In this document: piece by piece, positions 40,651 to 50,469 of the stretch
Layout of the letters: each line of letters opens with the position of its first letter
Numbering within the stretch: the stretch's first letter is position 1
Origin: an uncultured archaeon
Lineage (GTDB): Archaea > Asgardarchaeota > Thorarchaeia > Thorarchaeales > CAZPUN01
DNA: 64,000 nucleotides
NCBI GenBank assembly: GCA_964589775.1
Contig: CAZPUN010000013.1
Location: forward strand, 3,863-67,862
Direction of reading: 5' to 3'
Program-made: the position numbers and the translations under genes
Notes under the pieces: generated by a model
Told to the model about the DNA's origin: nothing
The model's input: only the letters and a program-made list of their open reading frames with translations
The model's database searches: none

Positions 40651-41733
40651 TTGGAGGTCATCAAGAAGGATCTTAAGCATGGTATGATTACTCTCAAAAT
40701 AACAACTCTTGATGACCTCTGGCATCTTTATAATATTATATTACCGGGTGATTTTGTAACTTCAAAAACCGTTAGACGAATAAAGAGCTCTGATGAAGAT
40801 GGAAAACCCGATAAGGGTAGCCGTAAGCCTATGACTCTTAAAATTCAAGTTGATGATGTTAGTTTTCATGCATTTTCTAATAGGTTGAGAATTAAAGGTA
40901 AAATTGTTAGTGGTCCTGAAGATCTAATTTCAATTGGAACTTTTCATACTTTAAATATTGAAATTGGCAGTATTCTTACAATTGAAAAAGATGAGTGGCC
41001 TCGTTATTTACTTGAACGAATTGAACAATCTTCTAAATATAGTTCTAAACCTATGGTACTGATTGTTACCATTGATGATGGTATTGCAGATCTTATCGTT
41101 GTTTCTGAGTATGCCTTAAGAACAGTTCTAAGTATTTCACGCTCTATAACTGGAAAACGAGGTGAATTAAAAGACCGCGAATCTGCCATTGAAGAATTTT
41201 TCAAAGAATTATTACAAGGAATTAAACAAGTATTAAAGAATTATAAAATTGACTTAATTGTGGTTGCAGGTCCTGGATTTACTAAGGAACACTTTGTAGA
41301 ATTTTTAAAACAAAATAAGCACAATTTTCCACAAATAATTATGGATTTTGTTAGTAATGTTGGTATTCCTGGTGCAAAGGAAGTTCTTAGTAGAGGAATT
41401 ATTTCTCAGGCAGTTGAAGGCTTACGTATTGAGCGTGAAACTCAATTACTTGATGAATTATTAATGCATATCGGAAAAGAAGATGGAAAAGCTGCATATG
41501 GTACTGAATATGTAATGCGGGCAGCTCAAATTGGTGCAGTTTCCGTATTGTTATTAATAGACAAGTTACTTAGAACTAATGATCCAGATAAACGCCGCTT
41601 TTTTGATGAATTAATAAAATTAGTTGAATCTTCTGCAGGCGATGTTGTTATTATGAGTACTGAGCATCCTTCAGGAAAACAATTGGAAGCTCTTTCTGGT
41701 GTTGCAGCAATTCTAAGATTCCCCATTGAGTGA
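40651..41733 (+). CDS. pelA: Pelota/Dom34 ribosome rescue factor
   Basis: 360 aa, three-domain eRF1-like architecture, conserved PGF-like central motif. Confidence 0.8.
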   Translation: MEVIKKDLKHGMITLKITTLDDLWHLYNIILPGDFVTSKTVRRIKSSDEDGKPDKGSRKPMTLKIQVDDVSFHAFSNRLRIKGKIVSGPEDLISIGTFHTLNIEIGSILTIEKDEWPRYLLERIEQSSKYSSKPMVLIVTIDDGIADLIVVSEYALRTVLSISRSITGKRGELKDRESAIEEFFKELLQGIKQVLKNYKIDLIVVAGPGFTKEHFVEFLKQNKHNFPQIIMDFVSNVGIPGAKEVLSRGIISQAVEGLRIERETQLLDELLMHIGKEDGKAAYGTEYVMRAAQIGAVSVLLLIDKLLRTNDPDKRRFFDELIKLVESSAGDVVIMSTEHPSGKQLEALSGVAAILRFPIE

Positions 41734-42849
41734 AAGTGCATCTAGTGGAATAAATTGTGTTTGAAGTCGGTCCCATGTTGGATATTCTTCGGCAATTCCT
41801 ATCTCAAAATCGATGTTGTGCTGTTCAAGTATTTGCTTTATCTCATTACCTAAGTTTTCTATTATTTTTGGTGTTGTTTCGATTCTATTTCTTTTCTCAT
41901 TAAATACAAATAGTTCATTTGGAATTCCAAACTCATTCTTGATTTGATTTATTAAATCATTAATATTTAATATTCCTATTATTTTTATTATTCCTAATAT
42001 CAGCAATCCTTCATCGGTTATTTGTTCATATTCTTTTGCAATATTTTTAGCTCTACGTTTCAAGCGATTTCTTAATTGGGTTCCATCTTTTAATTTACTA
42101 GTACAATAATGTACATTTAGTTTCTTCAATCGTTTTGATGCCCATTTTAAAAATTCCATAGCTGTCTCATTACTTTCCTTTATAGCTGCTGATATATCAT
42201 CTTTCATGAGATATCCTCTTTTTACCATATTTTCAAAATTAGTCTCACTATATTCGAGTTCATTTAAATTTAGAAATTTCACACCTCTCAATTCTGCTCT
42301 AATTGCTATACGTTGCAAGTATTCTAAGGTTCCAGGTAGAACTGGTATTTCAATTCCAACGTCCATTTTTGTTTGAAGTGCTAGTTCAATTGCATGCCAT
42401 GTTCCTGAGCGAATATGAAAGCGAATTTCATCTAATCCTGCAGATTCTAAATCTTTAATTATTTTACGTGTTAATTTTCTTCCGGTTGTATATAGATGAA
42501 TATGAAAATTCTTTCCAAATGTTTCCTTTAATAATCGAATATATTTTATAGTTCTTTCAATTCTTTCTAATGGATCTCCTCCGGTTATACTTGCACCCTC
42601 AGCTGATATCATTTTTGATTCATATATTATGTCCTCCTCACTTTCTACTGGCATTTCATCAGCAAAAATAACATCCTTGTTTTTACGTTCTTCTGATAAG
42701 GGACAATAGAAGCATCTTTCAGAACAAATACCAGTTACAAATAGGACCATTTTTGCACCTTTAATACACAATTTGCATCCTTCTGGTAACTCTCCGATGT
42801 AGTATGAATTTCCCTCTGTTTCTTTAATCTCTCGGGTCATTTTAATCAT
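41713..42849 (-). CDS. radical SAM enzyme of the activase-like family (PflX/COG1313-like)
   Basis: GCKLCIKGAKMVLFVTGICSERCFYCP shows the activase-type GxC-x3-C-x2-C signature. 378 aa. Confidence 0.65.
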   Translation of the reverse strand: MIKMTREIKETEGNSYYIGELPEGCKLCIKGAKMVLFVTGICSERCFYCPLSEERKNKDVIFADEMPVESEEDIIYESKMISAEGASITGGDPLERIERTIKYIRLLKETFGKNFHIHLYTTGRKLTRKIIKDLESAGLDEIRFHIRSGTWHAIELALQTKMDVGIEIPVLPGTLEYLQRIAIRAELRGVKFLNLNELEYSETNFENMVKRGYLMKDDISAAIKESNETAMEFLKWASKRLKKLNVHYCTSKLKDGTQLRNRLKRRAKNIAKEYEQITDEGLLILGIIKIIGILNINDLINQIKNEFGIPNELFVFNEKRNRIETTPKIIENLGNEIKQILEQHNIDFEIGIAEEYPTWDRLQTQFIPLDALSLNGES

Positions 42850-43565
42850 ATCCTTGTTTCTCTTTTGTAAATTGTTCTTCTAATTGCAGGGTCTCTATCT
42901 AATACTTTTTTTAGTGCACTTTCAAAACTTTCATTTTCTGATAATCTATATTTTAGATAAACACCGGTGCGTCCAATATTATTTCGGCGTGTTAAAACTC
43001 GAATTCTCTCATCAATAATTTTTTTGTTTACACCTATTAACTTTGATGCAAGTAATTCATTTCCGATCAAAGAGAATTCTTCATGTCCAAAATTTTTTGG
43101 ATTTATTACAAGTAAGCGTTTATCAATACCTGGAACTCGTACTCCTGTTGTTAATTGAGATAAATCGAGTAGTCCTCCGAATTTATAAAATTCATATTCA
43201 AGACTTCGCATCTTTATTAATGGAAAGACTATCGTAATATTATCTGACATATGAAGTTCTGCTTTTAATACATGAGATGGTGTTGCTTGTACAATATATC
43301 GTTCTTCATAATCAATTATTGTTTCTATTTTAAACGATGAGATCTTTTGAAAAATAATGATATCAATATCGCTGTTTTTTGATACATCGCCTCTAGCAAC
43401 ACTTCCATAGACGTATCCCTTAATTCCATTTATCTCTAGAGTCTTCAGTATTTCAATTGCCTTATTTCTATATTGCTCTAATTGATTCCATCTTTCTTTT
43501 GTATATTTTATTTGTTTAAAATATCCCGCTCTAATTATTTGTTCTCTCAAAAAATCACCATTCAA
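42846..43565 (-). CDS. minimal nucleotidyltransferase (Pol-beta superfamily) with C-terminal domain
   Basis: GSVARGDVSKNSDIDIIIF is a GS...D.D motif. 4-nt overlaps on both sides. Confidence 0.55.
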   Translation of the reverse strand: MNGDFLREQIIRAGYFKQIKYTKERWNQLEQYRNKAIEILKTLEINGIKGYVYGSVARGDVSKNSDIDIIIFQKISSFKIETIIDYEERYIVQATPSHVLKAELHMSDNITIVFPLIKMRSLEYEFYKFGGLLDLSQLTTGVRVPGIDKRLLVINPKNFGHEEFSLIGNELLASKLIGVNKKIIDERIRVLTRRNNIGRTGVYLKYRLSENESFESALKKVLDRDPAIRRTIYKRETRI

Positions 43566-44500
43566 TATTTTATTTTACTTCTCACGTTAATTTGCGATAA
43601 TAATTGACATGTTTTACAAATTTCTCCTGATGTTGGCGCACCACATATTTTACATTTATTTAATGGGCGTTTTTTACCTATATTTTGTATATGTGGATGA
43701 ATTTGTAAAAATGTTCTTAATATTGCGAACATTGTACCCGGTCTTTTTTCTTCCATTGAATCTATAAAATATCTTATGTCATTTCTCATTGCTTCAGAGC
43801 TATATGGACATTTTTCCTGTTGATATTTAATACCTTTAAATTTTGCAAACAACTCAATTTCATATTCTGGGATCTCAAATAATGGTTTAACACGCGGTAT
43901 GAAATTTTCATGTTTATATGTTAATTTTGGTCCGATTCGTGCTAAGTGGTGTGCATCGCCTCTAAGAAAGTTCATTATTATTGTTTGGGCTTGATCATTT
44001 AGATTATGCCCAGTTGCTATTACTGTTGCATTATGCTTCTTAGCTAACCAATTCAATGCAGATCGTTTCATTACGCCACAATAGGCGCATGGTGTTAATT
44101 TAGAATCCTTAATTTTTAATACAAGTTCATCTAATGTTATTCCAAATATTTCCTTAAAAGTATATGATATTAATGGGATTTCCAATTTCTCAATATTTTC
44201 TTTTATAATTTGTTGTGTTATTTTACTATATTCTCCTGCTAATTCATTTATATTAATTGCAAATATTTCAGTTTCCGGATATTTTTTCTCGATCTCAGAT
44301 AATATGTGTAATAAGACTATACTATCTTTTCCTCCAGAAACGCCAACTGCAATTTTGTCATCTAACTTAAACATAGAAAACTTGTTAATCGTTCGTCTTA
44401 CTCTATCTATTATATTTTTAATAAAACATGAAGAACATAGCGGCTCGCCTGAATAGGGTCTCACATAAACTGCAGGCTTGCCGCATTTATTACATTGCAT
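43562..44500 (-). CDS. tRNA thiolation PP-loop ATPase with N- and C-terminal zinc fingers (TtuA/NcsA family)
   Basis: CNKCGK..CSSC, PP-loop SGGKDS, and C-terminal CKICG..CKTC. Confidence 0.75.
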   Translation of the reverse strand: MQCNKCGKPAVYVRPYSGEPLCSSCFIKNIIDRVRRTINKFSMFKLDDKIAVGVSGGKDSIVLLHILSEIEKKYPETEIFAININELAGEYSKITQQIIKENIEKLEIPLISYTFKEIFGITLDELVLKIKDSKLTPCAYCGVMKRSALNWLAKKHNATVIATGHNLNDQAQTIIMNFLRGDAHHLARIGPKLTYKHENFIPRVKPLFEIPEYEIELFAKFKGIKYQQEKCPYSSEAMRNDIRYFIDSMEEKRPGTMFAILRTFLQIHPHIQNIGKKRPLNKCKICGAPTSGEICKTCQLLSQINVRSKIKY

Positions 44501-44517
44501 TTTTCATTACCTATTCT

Positions 44518-45702
44518 TTACAATAATGGTTTTCCGGTTAAGAATGTCATTATAAAGTTCAAAGCTAATATTACCAATGATAATAGTCTTACTGAATTAA
44601 GAATTATTGATTTTGCTTTGATTTCTTTCTGTTTTATTATAATATGTTTTTCCTTTAGTGCTTTTGTTAATAGGTCCGATAATAAATAGTCTCCATCCAA
44701 TGGTATGAGGGGTAATAAATTGAACATTCCAACGCTTATTAAGACAATCATGGACCATGTTAGTGTCATATATAGATGTGTTGACACCATTGGATCTATC
44801 CATGTTGCCCATGGTCTTGGTGGATAATATGTTGTTCCATATATTCCTATATAACCTATATTTGGATTCGATGGATTTGTTCCAAGTGTAAGTTGTAAAA
44901 TTCCATTGGATGTGTTTATTATGAGAATGCTTCCTGGTGTTGTATTTTGCATAAACATACCTAAATCTGTCCATGTTTCTATTTGGGTGCCATTTAATGA
45001 ATATATTATTGTTCCTGGTGTAATTACACCATCTGCAGGTCCACCTTGTTGAATATTATATACATATACTCCTGCCGCAGGTTGATTTGTTAAGGAGATT
45101 AATGCAGGAAAATTCATAATCATAATCATAAACAAAAATCCAAAAATGATATTTGAAAATGAGCCTGCGCCATAGACTCTCATTCTTTTTCTAATTGGTG
45201 CTTTTTTAATGACTTCTTCATCTGGTTCAACAAATCCACCAATTAATACTAAGAGAAATACTAATCCTGAACTTTTTACGGGAATATCATCTGCTTCGGC
45301 AGCTATTCCATGAGCTAATTCATGAGTAAGTAATGTAATTGTTAGGCCTATTAATATGTAGACCAATGGCATTCCTGAAACTGTAATTCCTGGGATTATC
45401 GGTACTACAGCTCCTGCATTTGCTGGCGCCGTAAAGAATGCAACTAAATTCATATATAGTGTATAAAATATGTATCCCATTCCAAAGAAACCAACTACAA
45501 TTCCTAAATCCCATAGCGCTCTCCAAAAGCGTGGTGATTTCTTTGCGATTTTCCTTAGAAATTGGTTTAATCTCTCTGTTTTATACATTATCATAAATGG
45601 CGCAATTTCAATGCCTCTCTTCTTTACATCAAAACTTTTTCCAATTGCCATGATTATTATCCAAATGATTAATAATACAATCCACGGATTTAATTCTAGC
45701 AT
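44518..45702 (-). CDS. site-2 protease (M50 family) with PDZ domain
   Basis: HELAHGIAA (HExxH) in a TM helix, a second LDG motif, and a central PDZ-like segment. Confidence 0.7.
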   Translation of the reverse strand: MLELNPWIVLLIIWIIIMAIGKSFDVKKRGIEIAPFMIMYKTERLNQFLRKIAKKSPRFWRALWDLGIVVGFFGMGYIFYTLYMNLVAFFTAPANAGAVVPIIPGITVSGMPLVYILIGLTITLLTHELAHGIAAEADDIPVKSSGLVFLLVLIGGFVEPDEEVIKKAPIRKRMRVYGAGSFSNIIFGFLFMIMIMNFPALISLTNQPAAGVYVYNIQQGGPADGVITPGTIIYSLNGTQIETWTDLGMFMQNTTPGSILIINTSNGILQLTLGTNPSNPNIGYIGIYGTTYYPPRPWATWIDPMVSTHLYMTLTWSMIVLISVGMFNLLPLIPLDGDYLLSDLLTKALKEKHIIIKQKEIKAKSIILNSVRLLSLVILALNFIMTFLTGKPLL

Positions 45703-45818
45703 TTTGATCCCATTCTATAATTAAGTTAATTTGGAAATATATTGAATATATGATAAACTTTCTGTTTAAGATATGGACTGAATGGATAGGTTTTTTAATA
45801 TTTTTTACGAAGTAAATA

Positions 45819-46133
45819 TGGCGGGTAGGCCCGGGGCGTTTGCCGTGCCCTGTAACCCGTAATCGGCAATAGCGGGGGGCAGTAACCCAATGGAAGGCAT
45901 ACCTCCGCGGTAATGGCCTGCATGTCCCTACGATGATACCCAGTCCCTTGGGGATACCGTTGGCGCAGCCACTCATGGAGGTGAGTGGCCAAGGCCAGAG
46001 GGAGCGAACCTGGCTAGGCCCGGGAGGGAGCAACCTAAGTTCCCGCGGTTATCGCTCAGGGGAGCACTGGGTTGAGGAATGGCATGCAATCAGCCATTAT
46101 CGCGGGGTGTGTCGACCTGCGGGGGCCGCCACT
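45819..46133 (+). ncRNA. ffs: signal recognition particle 7S RNA
   Basis: GC-rich 315 nt. 5' GGCGGGUAGGCCCGGG pairs with the 3' GGCCGCC. Helix-8-like motif AGGCCCGGGAGGGAGCAACC. Confidence 0.65.
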
Positions 46134-46187
46134 TAATTATTACACAATAGAAAACTTGATAAAGTGATTTGAAAAACAAAAATATGC

Positions 46188-46260
46188 GGGCCGATGGTCT
46201 AGTGGCTATGATTTCGCGCTTACACCGCGAAGATCGCTGGTTCGAATCCGGCTCGGCCCA
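46188..46260 (+). tRNA. tRNA-Val (UAC), intronless, CCA encoded
   Basis: Acceptor GGGCCGA/UCGGCCC, anticodon arm UCGCG-CUUACAC-CGCGA, T-arm GCUGG-UUCGAAU-CCGGC. Confidence 0.85.
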
Positions 46261-46282
46261 CCATTCTTATCTTTAACTTAGC

Positions 46283-46451
46283 GCTGGGGTATCCAAGCCC
46301 GGTATGGAGCCAGCCTGCTAAGTTGGTGACCCTTGTGGTCTCGAGGGTTCGAAAGTGTATATACACCGATAATCTCGTGAGAGGCGAAGTAGCCCATGAG
46401 TACGGTGTACCGGTTGAAAGTGTATATGCACCGAAAATCCCTCCCCCAGCG
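46283..46451 (+). tRNA. tRNA-Ser (GCU) with an 84-nt intron in the T-loop (about 59/60); CCA encoded
   Basis: Acceptor GCUGGGG/CCCCAGC, D-arm UCC-AAGCCCGGUAU-GGA, anticodon arm CCAGC-CUGCUAA-GUUGG, 16-nt V-arm. T-stem GAGGG...CCCUC is interrupted at 46354-46437. Confidence 0.6.
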
Positions 46452-46546
46452 CCATAAAATGTTCGAAAACGTAGAATTCATAACTGTTTGTGTCGTATTA
46501 TATATTATATAAAAAAATTTCTTCTACTGAAGGTGAAAGGTACTAT

Positions 46547-47077
46547 ATGTATGACGCAATGAGAATTAATAGTGATTTATTCAAAACTGTATTGGAAGAA
46601 TTAGGCGGAAAAGAAGCAGTTGAAATTGCATCTGTATTAATTAATGTTCCAGAAACTACTGATGAGGGTATTGCTACAAAAACCGGTTTAAGATTAAATG
46701 TAGTACGTAAAGTGCTATATAAATTACATTCAAATAGCTTGGCTTCCTATCGTCGAATTCGAGATCAATCTACTGGATGGTTTATTTACTTTTGGAAATT
46801 AAACCCCGATAGAGCGCAATACTTGATTAATAAAAAGAAAAAAACAGTTCTGAATTTATTGGAACAAAGATTAGAATATGAAAAAAACAATGTATTTTAT
46901 GTCTGTAAAAATAATGATACTCCATTATTAACATTTGATGAAGCAATGGAATATTCATTCAAATGTCCACATTGCGATATGCCTCTGATATACTTTGAAA
47001 ACAAAGCTGCTATTGAATTTCTAGAAAAAAGAATTGACGAGCTCAAGCGAGATCTATCAAGATATAATAACCTATAA
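46547..47077 (+). CDS. tfe: transcription factor E (TFIIE-alpha homolog)
   Basis: N-terminal winged helix (LFKTVLEELGGKEAVEIASVL...) and zinc ribbon CKNND..CPHCD. Confidence 0.75.
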   Translation: MYDAMRINSDLFKTVLEELGGKEAVEIASVLINVPETTDEGIATKTGLRLNVVRKVLYKLHSNSLASYRRIRDQSTGWFIYFWKLNPDRAQYLINKKKKTVLNLLEQRLEYEKNNVFYVCKNNDTPLLTFDEAMEYSFKCPHCDMPLIYFENKAAIEFLEKRIDELKRDLSRYNNL

Positions 47078-47120
47078 AAATATTCTATACTTTCCGATAA
47101 TAAAAAAGGAATGAGGCATA

Positions 47121-47876
47121 TTGTCATCAATTATTTTAGCTCGTAGGCTATATGGTCCTTTTTTAAAAAAGGCCTATAATTATTTCAAACGAGAACTTAG
47201 TGAGATTTTTTCTGAATTGGATCTTAAATTTGTTTGTAATTTACTTGACGATGGTCGTTTAAAAATTAAATTAGAGGGTATTGATAGCGAATTTGCATCA
47301 AATCTATTGAAACAAAAGTATGGCGAGTGTATTTCTGTATCACAACTAAAAATTGGAACAAAATTCATAGGAAATCTAATTGATGTTGGAAAACATGGAT
47401 TTGGTCTCTATGTTCGACCGTGTTACTGTAGTGAGTTTTATAAAGACGCGCTATTACCTTTGTATTTAATAAAAAAACAATTATCTAATGAATCCTTACG
47501 CAAGCTTGTTTTTAGATATGGTTTTGTCGAGTTTCAAAACATCGAAGTTGAAATTGTGGATTTAGATTATAAATTAGAATCTCCTGATGTTCCATACAAA
47601 ATTTCTGTTAATTTTACAAGGCGTCAATTAGATATATTTAATTCTTGGGTCAATGCAAACCATGATCGTATTATTATTTCAGGTGCATTGCTATCTGATG
47701 TGCGACGTGCGCTGATTAAAACAGATCATATATCTGATATTTTAAAAATGAAGAGTCCCTGGATATTAGAACATATTCTTGTTGTAAAAAAGTCATCAAA
47801 TGCTACTGGCATTTTATCCTCTATCGGAAAATATCTCTCAAATGTACCTATAGGTATTATTCGTCGTAAGAATTAG
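47121..47876 (+). CDS. conserved hypothetical protein
   Basis: 251-aa ORF with a TTG start. No motif assigned. Confidence 0.35.
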   Translation: MSSIILARRLYGPFLKKAYNYFKRELSEIFSELDLKFVCNLLDDGRLKIKLEGIDSEFASNLLKQKYGECISVSQLKIGTKFIGNLIDVGKHGFGLYVRPCYCSEFYKDALLPLYLIKKQLSNESLRKLVFRYGFVEFQNIEVEIVDLDYKLESPDVPYKISVNFTRRQLDIFNSWVNANHDRIIISGALLSDVRRALIKTDHISDILKMKSPWILEHILVVKKSSNATGILSSIGKYLSNVPIGIIRRKN

Positions 47877-47888
47877 GAGGAATTTATT

Positions 47889-48551
47889 CTGAGACTCGAC
47901 GAATATATTCGATTTTTAGGAATAGTGGAGTCTAGAAATAGATCTCAAAATTTAATTCAAAATGGTATGGTCTTTGTTAATGGAAAAATGGTAAAGAAGC
48001 GGTCCTATGTTGTCAATGATAGTGATTTTTTGCTTGTTTTATTAAATGATGACTATCGCTATCCATTGGGTTATTCAAAAATAAAGAGATTGTTAAAATA
48101 TATAAATATACAAATTTCCAAAAAAGCAAAAATATTGGATGTAGGTTCAAGCCATGGAGGATTTATTGAATATTTCTCTCAATATACACATAATATAACT
48201 GCTATAGAAATTGATAAAGAAAAGGTTAATTATTTAAAATCAAAATATAATTTTTTGGAAATAATTTGTGCCGATGCTTTTAAAATTCCGTATAATAAAT
48301 TTAAGAAAAATTCATTTGATATTATTTCTATTGATGTTACTACTGAACCTGAGGGCACTTTAAACTTGATTAAAAAATTTCTTTTATTCTTAAAAGGTGA
48401 AGGCATTCTTATTGCTGCATTTAAGTGTAATTGTTCTTTTATTGAAAATGAATTGAATAATATAAAATATTTTGGGGGTGTTGTAAAAAAGGTCATTCAG
48501 CTAGATGAAAAAAAGCGTGAATGCCACGTATTTATTTCCCGCGACGTTTGA
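47889..48551 (+). CDS. tlyA: TlyA-like S4-domain / FtsJ-type RNA 2'-O-methyltransferase
   Basis: S4 motif RLDEYIRFLGIVESRNRSQNLIQNGMVFVNG, then SAM motif LDVGSSHGGF. The S4 domain begins upstream of the ORF-track GTG (47925); the in-frame CTG at 47889 lies 9 nt after AGGAGG. Confidence 0.55.
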   Translation: MRLDEYIRFLGIVESRNRSQNLIQNGMVFVNGKMVKKRSYVVNDSDFLLVLLNDDYRYPLGYSKIKRLLKYINIQISKKAKILDVGSSHGGFIEYFSQYTHNITAIEIDKEKVNYLKSKYNFLEIICADAFKIPYNKFKKNSFDIISIDVTTEPEGTLNLIKKFLLFLKGEGILIAAFKCNCSFIENELNNIKYFGGVVKKVIQLDEKKRECHVFISRDV

Positions 48552-49047
48552 TCTTTACAACATCCCCTAGTGTTAATTCTTCATCTTTTTTATCAAGTTT
48601 TATAGGAATGTCAGGTATTTCTATTCGTAAGCTTATTCCTAAGACTCTCTCTAATTTTTTAATTGTTTTATTTTCTGGGACTATCCGTTTAGTCTCGATT
48701 GCTTGTAAAACTGATAGTCGTTCTCCAATTTGTCTCGCGAGTTCTTGTTGTGAAAGTCCCAATTTTTGGCGTCTCTCTTTAATTACTACATTGTAGTCCT
48801 CAATAATTTCATAATCTTCGTCCAATTGTCTTGATTTTTTATGCGTTCTAATTTTTGGCTTTGGAATGTAGACTTGTTTTCTTATTCTTTTTGAACTGTG
48901 TTTCTTTTGTTCTATAGGCTCAGATTTAATTTCCTCACCTAATTTTGCGCACGTAGAACAAACAGTCATTGTGGCTCCTTCAATTCTAATGGTAATTGGT
49001 TTGCCCTTTATAGGGCGCCCACAAATCTCACAAAGCAATTTGGTCAC
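48532..49047 (-). CDS. mbf1: archaeal MBF1-like factor (N-terminal zinc ribbon plus C-terminal XRE HTH)
   Basis: CEICGRPI..CSTC ribbon and GLSQQELARQIGERLSVLQAIE. Confidence 0.7.
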   Translation of the reverse strand: MTKLLCEICGRPIKGKPITIRIEGATMTVCSTCAKLGEEIKSEPIEQKKHSSKRIRKQVYIPKPKIRTHKKSRQLDEDYEIIEDYNVVIKERRQKLGLSQQELARQIGERLSVLQAIETKRIVPENKTIKKLERVLGISLRIEIPDIPIKLDKKDEELTLGDVVKIKRRGK

Positions 49048-49153
49048 CTTTTATATAATATAAAAAGCATTAACACAAATAACCGTTACAATTTTATTTA
49101 TAGCATTTTTTATATTAAAAGTAACAAATATAAACATATAAAATAAAGAATTA

Positions 49154-50368
49154 ATGGGTATGACAATGACGGGATCAGTAACTGACAAAGATAACAAACG
49201 AATTAATGATGCATATTTATCTAGTTATGCACAACATCTTGAAAGAAAATTAAGAGCTCTTGAAACTGAAAAGCAAATCTTGCATGCTGAAAGAGCAAGA
49301 CTTCAACAAGAGCTTCATTCATTACGAGTTGAATTAGAAAAAATGCGGCATCCTCCGCTTGTTGCTGCTACTATTGTTGATGTATTACCTGATGGGCGAG
49401 CTATTGTTCGTAGTACTACTGGGCCCTCGTTCGTTGTATATGTTGCATCATCAATACCACAAAAGTATTTACAACCGGGAAGTCATGTTGCATTAAATCA
49501 GAGAACTTTTGCGATAGTTGAAGGTCTTCCTGTAAATCGAGAACCATTTATTAAAAATATGGAAATTGAAGAGGTTCCGAATGTTACATATGATGATATT
49601 GGTGGATTACATGAACAAATCCGTGAAATTAGAGAGACTGTTGAACTTCCACTATTAAAACCCGAATTATTTGAAAAAGTTGGAATTGAACCACCAAAAG
49701 GCATATTACTTACTGGGCCTCCCGGGACTGGAAAAACATTGTGTGCAAAGGCTGTTGCACATGAAACAAAAGCAACATTCATTAAAGTAATTGCATCCGA
49801 ATTCGTTCAGAAGTTTATTGGTGAAGGTGCGCGTATTGTTCGTGAAATTTTTGACTTAGCACGTGAAAAAGCCCCTACAATTATGTTTATCGACGAGTTG
49901 GATGCTGTTGGAAGTCGCCGCTTAGATATTGCAACTAGTGGAGATCGTGAAGTACAACGGACTCTTATGCAGCTTCTAAGTGAGATGGATGGTTTTGAAT
50001 CTCGTGGGAATGTCAGAATTATTGCAGCTACAAATCGACCTGATATTTTAGATCCTGCACTGTTAAGACCCGGACGCTTTGATAGAATCATTGAATTTAC
50101 TCTACCTAATCTAGATGGGCGTATTGAAATATTCAAAATCCACACAAGAAATATGAATATAGATAAAGATATTGATTTCATAAAATTAGGCGAATTAAGC
50201 GAACATGCAACCGGTGCAGATATTAAGGCTATTACGACTGAAGCCGGCATGTATGCCATACGCGCAGGTCGAACAAAAGTAACAATGGATGATTTTATCA
50301 ACGCAATTGAAAAAGTTTTACATAAAACAAGTAGATCATTCAAAGCTCCTGTTGATATTTACGCCTAA
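49154..50368 (+). CDS. pan: proteasome-activating nucleotidase (PAN, AAA ATPase)
   Basis: N-terminal coiled coil, Walker [10 protein letters not shown], Walker B IMFIDELD, second region of homology. Confidence 0.85.
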   Translation: MGMTMTGSVTDKDNKRINDAYLSSYAQHLERKLRALETEKQILHAERARLQQELHSLRVELEKMRHPPLVAATIVDVLPDGRAIVRSTTGPSFVVYVASSIPQKYLQPGSHVALNQRTFAIVEGLPVNREPFIKNMEIEEVPNVTYDDIGGLHEQIREIRETVELPLLKPELFEKVGIEPPKGILLTGPPGTGKTLCAKAVAHETKATFIKVIASEFVQKFIGEGARIVREIFDLAREKAPTIMFIDELDAVGSRRLDIATSGDREVQRTLMQLLSEMDGFESRGNVRIIAATNRPDILDPALLRPGRFDRIIEFTLPNLDGRIEIFKIHTRNMNIDKDIDFIKLGELSEHATGADIKAITTEAGMYAIRAGRTKVTMDDFINAIEKVLHKTSRSFKAPVDIYA

Positions 50369-50469
50369 TTTTTCCTTTTTTTACTTAACAATTTTTTATA
50401 TTCTGATGTATTTTTTTAATATGTACATATTATTTTTATCTGATAACGTAATTCTATTAAGATTATAAA

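Noticed and set aside
41713-42849. Radical SAM protein as viperin-like or TYW1/Taw1
   Set aside because: The Cys motif C-x3-C-x2-C is preceded by an activase-type glycine-rich segment with extra Cys, as in the PflA/QueE/PflX family. It lacks the TYW1 CxxxCxxCW context and viperin-like length and motifs.
45819-46133. Alternative call as RNase P RNA
   Set aside because: The P4 or CR-I (GGAAAGUCCGGGC) and CR-V (ACAGAACCCGGCUUA) motifs are absent. The 5' GGCGGGUAGGCCCGGG Alu-domain start and the GGGAGGGAGCAACC helix-8 motif fit SRP RNA.
45629-46136. ORF-track ORFs (134 aa, 65 aa, 67 aa) on both strands inside the GC-rich block
   Set aside because: They overlap the SRP RNA gene. Their Pro/Gly/Arg-rich composition is what GC-rich RNA genes produce when translated. 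No RBS is present.
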